From NCBI GenBank assembly GCA_037128375.1, contig JBAXWO010000001.1, positions 1 through 28,500 of the forward strand: a stretch of 28,500 bases of DNA. Direction: 5' to 3'. This DNA is from a bacterium. Its GTDB lineage: Bacteria; Verrucomicrobiota; Kiritimatiellia; CAIKKV01; CAITUY01. This document shows, piece after piece, positions 24,572 to 28,500 of the stretch (position 1 is its first letter; the number at the start of each line of letters is the position of its first letter). The position numbers were made by a program, and so were the translations under genes. Below the pieces are notes generated by a model, which was given only the letters and a program-made list of their open reading frames with translations, was not told where the DNA came from and made no database searches.

Positions 24572-26080
24572 CTACGGGCACACCCTCCCAAGGGTTCGGG
24601 GAAAGGGAATGGTCTCGCGAACGTGCTTGAGCCCGCATAGCCACGTCAGCGCCCGCTCTACCCCCAACCCGAACCCGCCGTGGGGCACGCTGCCGTAACG
24701 CCGGAGCTCCAGATACCAGGCATAGTCGTCGGGATGCAGAGCCTTGGCTTTGAGGCTCTCCGCAATCACCGCAGGATCCTCCTCGCGCTGGCTCCCGCCG
24801 ATGATTTCACCATAGCCTTCCGGCGCCAACAGGTCGAAGTTCCGCACCAACCGCGGATCGTCCGGTGCCACCTTCATATAGAAGGCCTTCGCCGCGCGCG
24901 GATACCCGGTCACAAAGACCGGCCGGTCGAACTGCCGGGAAACAATCGTCTCGTCACTACCGCCAAGGTCCTTGCCCCAGGCGAAGGACTGCGCCAACCG
25001 GATATGCTCCGGCCGCACCTTGAGGTCCTGCTCCAGATCCTGGATTTCCTCGCGCAGTTCCCGCAGGCGTGCCTCCAGTTTCTCCTCCTGCCACCCCTTG
25101 CGAACCGTCTTGAGCGACGCTTCGCACGTTTCCAATTCCGTGACGAGTCCTCGCAGGCGCACGCCATCCTTTTCCAACTCCCCGTCCAACCGCTCCCGCA
25201 AGGGCGCACTACGCAATAGATCCACCACCTCGGTGTAGGTCAGCCGGTGAAAGGGTTTTTGAATCCGCTCCAGCACGACCGGATCACGCCCCAGCATGGC
25301 CAAATCTTCCCGGTTCCGGCTCAAGACGGCCGCCGCCACCTGGCAAATCAGATCCTCCGCCAACAACATGACGTCCTCCAGATCCGCAAAGGCGATCTCC
25401 GGCTCGACCATCCAGAACTCGGTGAGGTGCCGGCGGGTCTTCGACTTTTCCGCCCGGAAGGTCGGCCCGAAGCAATACACCTTGCCCAGGGCCATGCAGG
25501 CGCTTTCAAGGTAAAGCTGGCCGGTCTGGGACAGAAACACTTTCTCGCCGAAATAATCGACCGGGAAGAGCGACTGCTTATCCTCCCCCGCCCCGGGAAC
25601 CAGGATGGGCATATCCACCAGCGTGAACCCCTGCCCATCGAAGAAATCGCGAATGGCCCGAATGACCGTGTGCCGCACCCTGAGAATGGCGGTGGGCCGG
25701 TTGGACCGCAGCCAGAGATGGCGGTTGGACAGCAGGAAATCGATGCCGTGCGTTTTACGGCTGATGGGGTATTCCTGGGCAATCTGCAGGATCTCGACGG
25801 CCATCACCGACAACTCGGCTCCACCCGGCGCACGCCCTTCCAACCGGACGTTGCCGGTGACCGCCACCGAGGACTCCTGCGTCAGTTGCGAGGCCGCCGC
25901 AAACGTCTCCGGGCTGCCGGCCTCCACCACGCACTGGCAGATCCCCGTTCCGTCACGCAGTACCAGAAAGACCACCTTCCCGCCTGACCGCTTGCCCTGC
26001 AGCCAACCGCGCAGACGAACCGTCTGTCCCGACCGATCCTTCAATTCACGAATCGCCACATCTGGCACGGGTGCTTCCAC
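24572..26080 (-). CDS. asnS: Asparaginyl-tRNA synthetase with internal coiled-coil-like insertion
   Basis: GTG start with AGGAG. OB fold (GWLQGKR.GGKVVFLVLRDGTG), RHLWLRS, YLSQTGQLYLE-like LSQTGQLYLE, FGPTFRAEKSKTRRHLTEFWMVEPE, GEIIGGSQRE, WYLELRRYGSVPHGGFGLGVER. Confidence 0.96.
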   Translation of the reverse strand: MEAPVPDVAIRELKDRSGQTVRLRGWLQGKRSGGKVVFLVLRDGTGICQCVVEAGSPETFAAASQLTQESSVAVTGNVRLEGRAPGGAELSVMAVEILQIAQEYPISRKTHGIDFLLSNRHLWLRSNRPTAILRVRHTVIRAIRDFFDGQGFTLVDMPILVPGAGEDKQSLFPVDYFGEKVFLSQTGQLYLESACMALGKVYCFGPTFRAEKSKTRRHLTEFWMVEPEIAFADLEDVMLLAEDLICQVAAAVLSRNREDLAMLGRDPVVLERIQKPFHRLTYTEVVDLLRSAPLRERLDGELEKDGVRLRGLVTELETCEASLKTVRKGWQEEKLEARLRELREEIQDLEQDLKVRPEHIRLAQSFAWGKDLGGSDETIVSRQFDRPVFVTGYPRAAKAFYMKVAPDDPRLVRNFDLLAPEGYGEIIGGSQREEDPAVIAESLKAKALHPDDYAWYLELRRYGSVPHGGFGLGVERALTWLCGLKHVRETIPFPRTLGRVCP

Positions 26081-26123
26081 AGTAACTCCTCCACTGAAAC
26101 GCGGGCCATGTCATCACAGTCAT

Positions 26124-26151
26124 CCCGGAAAAACAACGTTGTTCTGTCGGG
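26124..26151. promoter_or_regulatory. Palindrome in the divergent asnS / peptidase intergenic region
   Basis: Perfect 12-bp core AACAACGTTGTT (26132-26143), extended imperfectly by CCCGG...TCGGG arms. Confidence 0.35.
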
Positions 26152-26211
26152 GCTCCGCGCATTTCTCGCTGGGAGATTCAACCGGGCTGCGGTTATACTG
26201 CGGCCCAGCCC

Positions 26212-26364
26212 ATGAGTATCCAGTACCAGCATGAGTCTCTGATCCGCGAAACACTCGACGGCGCCCTGGCGCACTCACTGGAGCCCGAACCCTCCGGCAA
26301 ATTCCGTTTCGCACGCGCCGCTTTTCCGATCGATCACAACCGCTTGCGGAGGGGCGCCCCGTGA
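26212..26364 (+). CDS. Small hypothetical ORF (50 aa) coupled to the peptidase gene
   Basis: Hand-translated MSIQYQHESLIRETLDGALAHSLEPEPSGKFRFARAAFPIDHNRLRRGAP. Its TGA overlaps the downstream GTG (GTGA); 36 of 49 codons after the ATG end in G/C; TATACT lies 12 nt upstream. Confidence 0.45.
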   Translation: MSIQYQHESLIRETLDGALAHSLEPEPSGKFRFARAAFPIDHNRLRRGAP

Positions 26365-27062
26365 CGCCCCTCTATCCTCTGGCAGGGGGCCATGGCCGGA
26401 CCCGCCAGGGACCCGATCCCCTGTTGCGGGATATTTTTTCAACGTCAGGCCGGCTACGCCCGTCCATCGCCTACGTAGGCGCGGCGAGTGGCGACGACCG
26501 CGATTTCCATAAAGCAATCACCGCCGCGTTCCGGGAAGCCGGCGCCGGGACGGTCAGCCTGGCCGCAACGGCTTCCGCGCAGGCCGACCTCGACGAGACG
26601 CGCGCCACCCTGTCGGGTTCCGATCTGGTGTTCATCAGCGGGGGCGATGTGGAGGACGGCATGCGCGTCCTGCGGGAGCGCGGCCTGCTTCCCTTCCTGA
26701 AGCGCCTGCACGCCGGCGGCAAACCCTTCTTCGGCTTGTCCGCCGGCAGCATCATGCTGGCGCGTAGCTGGGTCCGGTGGTCGGATCCCGCCAACGACGA
26801 CACCGCTGAAAAGTTCGCCTGCCTGGATCTGGCCCCCATCCTCTGCGACACCCACGCCGAAGCGGAGGGATGGGAAGAACTCAGGTCATTGTTGAGTCTT
26901 TGTCGCCGGTCCGGGATCACCGGCTACGGCATTCCCAGTGGCGGGGCGCTGCGCGTCACACCCGATGGCCGCGTCGCCGCGCTCGGCAAACCCGCCGTCC
27001 GCTTCCAGTCCCAGGGCGGTCGCGTTATTCCCCTGTCCCCGCTGACGCCCTCCCCACTGTAA
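26361..27062 (+). CDS. Peptidase S51 / peptidase E-like (class I glutamine-amidotransferase fold)
   Basis: GTG after GGAGG; IAYVGAASGDD, DLVFISGGD, nucleophile elbow GLSAGS (Ser127), CDTH (His165). Confidence 0.85.
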   Translation: MTPLYPLAGGHGRTRQGPDPLLRDIFSTSGRLRPSIAYVGAASGDDRDFHKAITAAFREAGAGTVSLAATASAQADLDETRATLSGSDLVFISGGDVEDGMRVLRERGLLPFLKRLHAGGKPFFGLSAGSIMLARSWVRWSDPANDDTAEKFACLDLAPILCDTHAEAEGWEELRSLLSLCRRSGITGYGIPSGGALRVTPDGRVAALGKPAVRFQSQGGRVIPLSPLTPSPL

Positions 27063-27065
27063 TCT

Positions 27066-27503
27066 TCACCGGTTGCGCTCGGTCTTCACCCCGACGCCCA
27101 TCTTGTTGCAGCCGAGTTTGCGGACACCGCCCATGACCCGGACCACGTGCTCGAACGGCACGGATTTGTCGGCCTGGATCATGACGGACTGGTTCTGCGG
27201 ATCCGGCAGCTTGCGGCGCAGCATCTCATCGAGCCCATCCGGGGGCACCTTCTGGTTGTCGATGATCACCGTGCCGTCCATCAGCACCTGGATATCCACA
27301 AGTTTTTCCGCCGCCTGAATGGTTTCCGCCGCCTGGGCACGCGGCAACTCCACCTTGAGCTGGGATTTCACCAGCGCCGGCGTGATAACCATGAAGATGA
27401 TCAGGAGGACGAGGCAGATGTCGATGAACGGGATCATGTTCATGTCGGCCATGATCCGGTAGCCCTGGCCGCCCCCCCGGTCGCTTGATGAGGATCCTTG
27501 CAT
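27066..27503 (-). CDS. exbD: Biopolymer transport protein ExbD/TolR family
   Basis: MNMIPFIDICLVLLIIFMV TM with conserved Asp, VELPRA, IQADKSVPFEHVVRVM. Confidence 0.92.
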   Translation of the reverse strand: MQGSSSSDRGGGQGYRIMADMNMIPFIDICLVLLIIFMVITPALVKSQLKVELPRAQAAETIQAAEKLVDIQVLMDGTVIIDNQKVPPDGLDEMLRRKLPDPQNQSVMIQADKSVPFEHVVRVMGGVRKLGCNKMGVGVKTERNR

Positions 27504-27516
27504 AGTCGCGCCCCCT

Positions 27517-28131
27517 TTACTTCAGTTTTTCGATGAGGCGGAAGACAGCCACGTCGGTTTCCCGGGCGATGCGCTGGATCCGGTGGACAAAGTAGTTATA
27601 GGCCATCGTGGCGGGAATGGCCACGAACAACCCCATCGCCGTGGCGACCAGCGCCTCGGAAATGCCGGCGGCAACAACTTCCGGACCTCCGCCCGTCGCG
27701 GCGGCGATGTCATGGAAGGCGCGAATGATGCCGACCACGGTGCCCAGGAGGCCGACAAACGGCGCGGTACTCGCCACGGTGGCCAGAAGCGGCACGAGCG
27801 TCTCCAGCTTGTTCAATTCGCGTTGCGTGGCGTTGTGGACGGCCTTTTCCATGGCCTCCCGGTTTCCGGCATTGCGGAGCGCCTCGACGCACACCGCGCC
27901 GACCGGGTGCCCGACCTCCACGCAGTGTACGATAGCCTCGTCGCGACCCTTCTCGTCCAGTAGCTTGAGCAACGCGTCGACAAATGCCTCGGCGTCCACC
28001 TTGGTGCGCATGAAAACGATCAGGCGGTCGAAAAACACGGCCGTCGCGATGATGGACATGATGCCGAGCGCACTCAGCACCGGCCAGCCGCGGATCAGAA
28101 TCTCTTTCACGTTAAAGGCTTCATTCGTCAT
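27517..28131 (-). CDS. exbB: MotA/TolQ/ExbB proton-channel family protein
   Basis: LATVASTAPFVGLLGTVVGIIRAF, GISEALVATAMGLFVAIPA..AYNYF. Confidence 0.93.
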   Translation of the reverse strand: MTNEAFNVKEILIRGWPVLSALGIMSIIATAVFFDRLIVFMRTKVDAEAFVDALLKLLDEKGRDEAIVHCVEVGHPVGAVCVEALRNAGNREAMEKAVHNATQRELNKLETLVPLLATVASTAPFVGLLGTVVGIIRAFHDIAAATGGGPEVVAAGISEALVATAMGLFVAIPATMAYNYFVHRIQRIARETDVAVFRLIEKLK

Positions 28132-28500
28132 GGTAGCTTTCCTTTCTCGGAGCCCTTACGGCCCTCATCCTCCGCACTTCGATAACCGTACATCGGCAGA
28201 AACCGATAGTACACTTCCAACGACAGCGCCCCTATGGCCGTGGTAACGCATCGGCCCATCTGGCCGCCAAACGGACCCTGCGGATCCCAACTTCCGGCCT
28301 CCGCACCGGTCTTGCGCTGCAGCGGCGGGAGTACATCCTTCATGCGCTTGTTCCAATCCTCCCAGACCTCCCCCTGGTGCTGATACAGGGCCAGTGTCGC
28401 ATAGTACATATAGTAGAAATCAACATTGTTCCCCGGCAGGGGCCTGGTCCGCAGGAGGCCGGCGGTCTCCTTCATCCGGTCGTCCGTGGGCGGTGTCTTC
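28128..28500 (-). CDS. Prenyltransferase/squalene-cyclase-repeat (alpha/alpha barrel) protein, C-terminal part, 5'-truncated by the window edge
   Basis: Frame is open to the window end (KTPPTDDRMKET...). YYMYYATLALYQ..GEVWEDWN, QRK..AGSWDP (QW-like repeat), TTAIGALSLEVYYRFLP, as in PVC-type proteins; stop overlaps the exbB ATG. Confidence 0.8.
   Translation of the reverse strand, partial: KTPPTDDRMKETAGLLRTRPLPGNNVDFYYMYYATLALYQHQGEVWEDWNKRMKDVLPPLQRKTGAEAGSWDPQGPFGGQMGRCVTTAIGALSLEVYYRFLPMYGYRSAEDEGRKGSEKGKLP

Noticed and set aside
12856-25987. Other long plus-strand ORFs (12856-13815, 13919-14572, 16225-17244, 18296-19462, 19463-20152, 21374-22123, 22722-23711, 25247-25987)
   Set aside because: All lie fully antisense to well-supported minus-strand genes and translate to Arg/Leu/His-rich nonsense typical of shadow frames.
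26081-26211. T-box or tRNA gene upstream of asnS
   Set aside because: No T-box consensus (AGGGTGGNACCGCG), no terminator/antiterminator and no cloverleaf with TTCRA T-loop spacing was found.
1-28500. CRISPR arrays, IS elements, integrases, prophage genes, rRNA/tRNA
   Set aside because: No regularly spaced direct repeats, transposase/integrase motifs or structural RNA signatures were recognised on reading either strand. tRNAscan-SE and Infernal were not run.

Overview
GC-rich bacterial chromosomal window, most likely from a PVC-superphylum organism (Verrucomicrobiota/Kiritimatiellia- or Lentisphaeria-like). This is inferred from a five-gene cluster matching the Akkermansia Amuc_1098-1102 pilus-like locus and from a prenyltransferase/squalene-cyclase-repeat gene next to exbBD. 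Most of the window is housekeeping. From left to right: a truncated RHH (DUF6364-like) antitoxin missed by the ORF track, recN, an NDP-sugar epimerase, a small membrane protein, a protein ending in a degenerate HisKA helix pair, a sugar-phosphate nucleotidyltransferase, a pdp-punA-cdd-cca operon and panD. A 15.5 kb minus-strand run follows: asnS > Amuc_1102-like > pilM-pilN fusion > Amuc_1100-like > Amuc_1099-like > secretin > stand-alone 5'-3' nuclease > coaE > rho > tig > clpP > clpX. The right end holds a small ORF plus an S51-family peptidase and a prenyltransferase-repeat > exbB > exbD unit. No tRNA, rRNA, CRISPR array or mobile element was recognised. The best leads are: (1) a stand-alone FEN-type nuclease ending in a beta-clamp-like QPELF motif, placed 1 bp after the secretin gene; (2) a His-to-Gln pseudo-HisKA protein lacking an ATPase domain; (3) a 76-residue coiled-coil-like segment inside AsnRS; (4) a perfect 16-bp palindrome with TTGACA embedded in rare codons upstream of the secretin; (5) a repeat-containing disordered N-terminal extension on Rho. 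All family assignments come from motif recognition by eye; no database searches were run.
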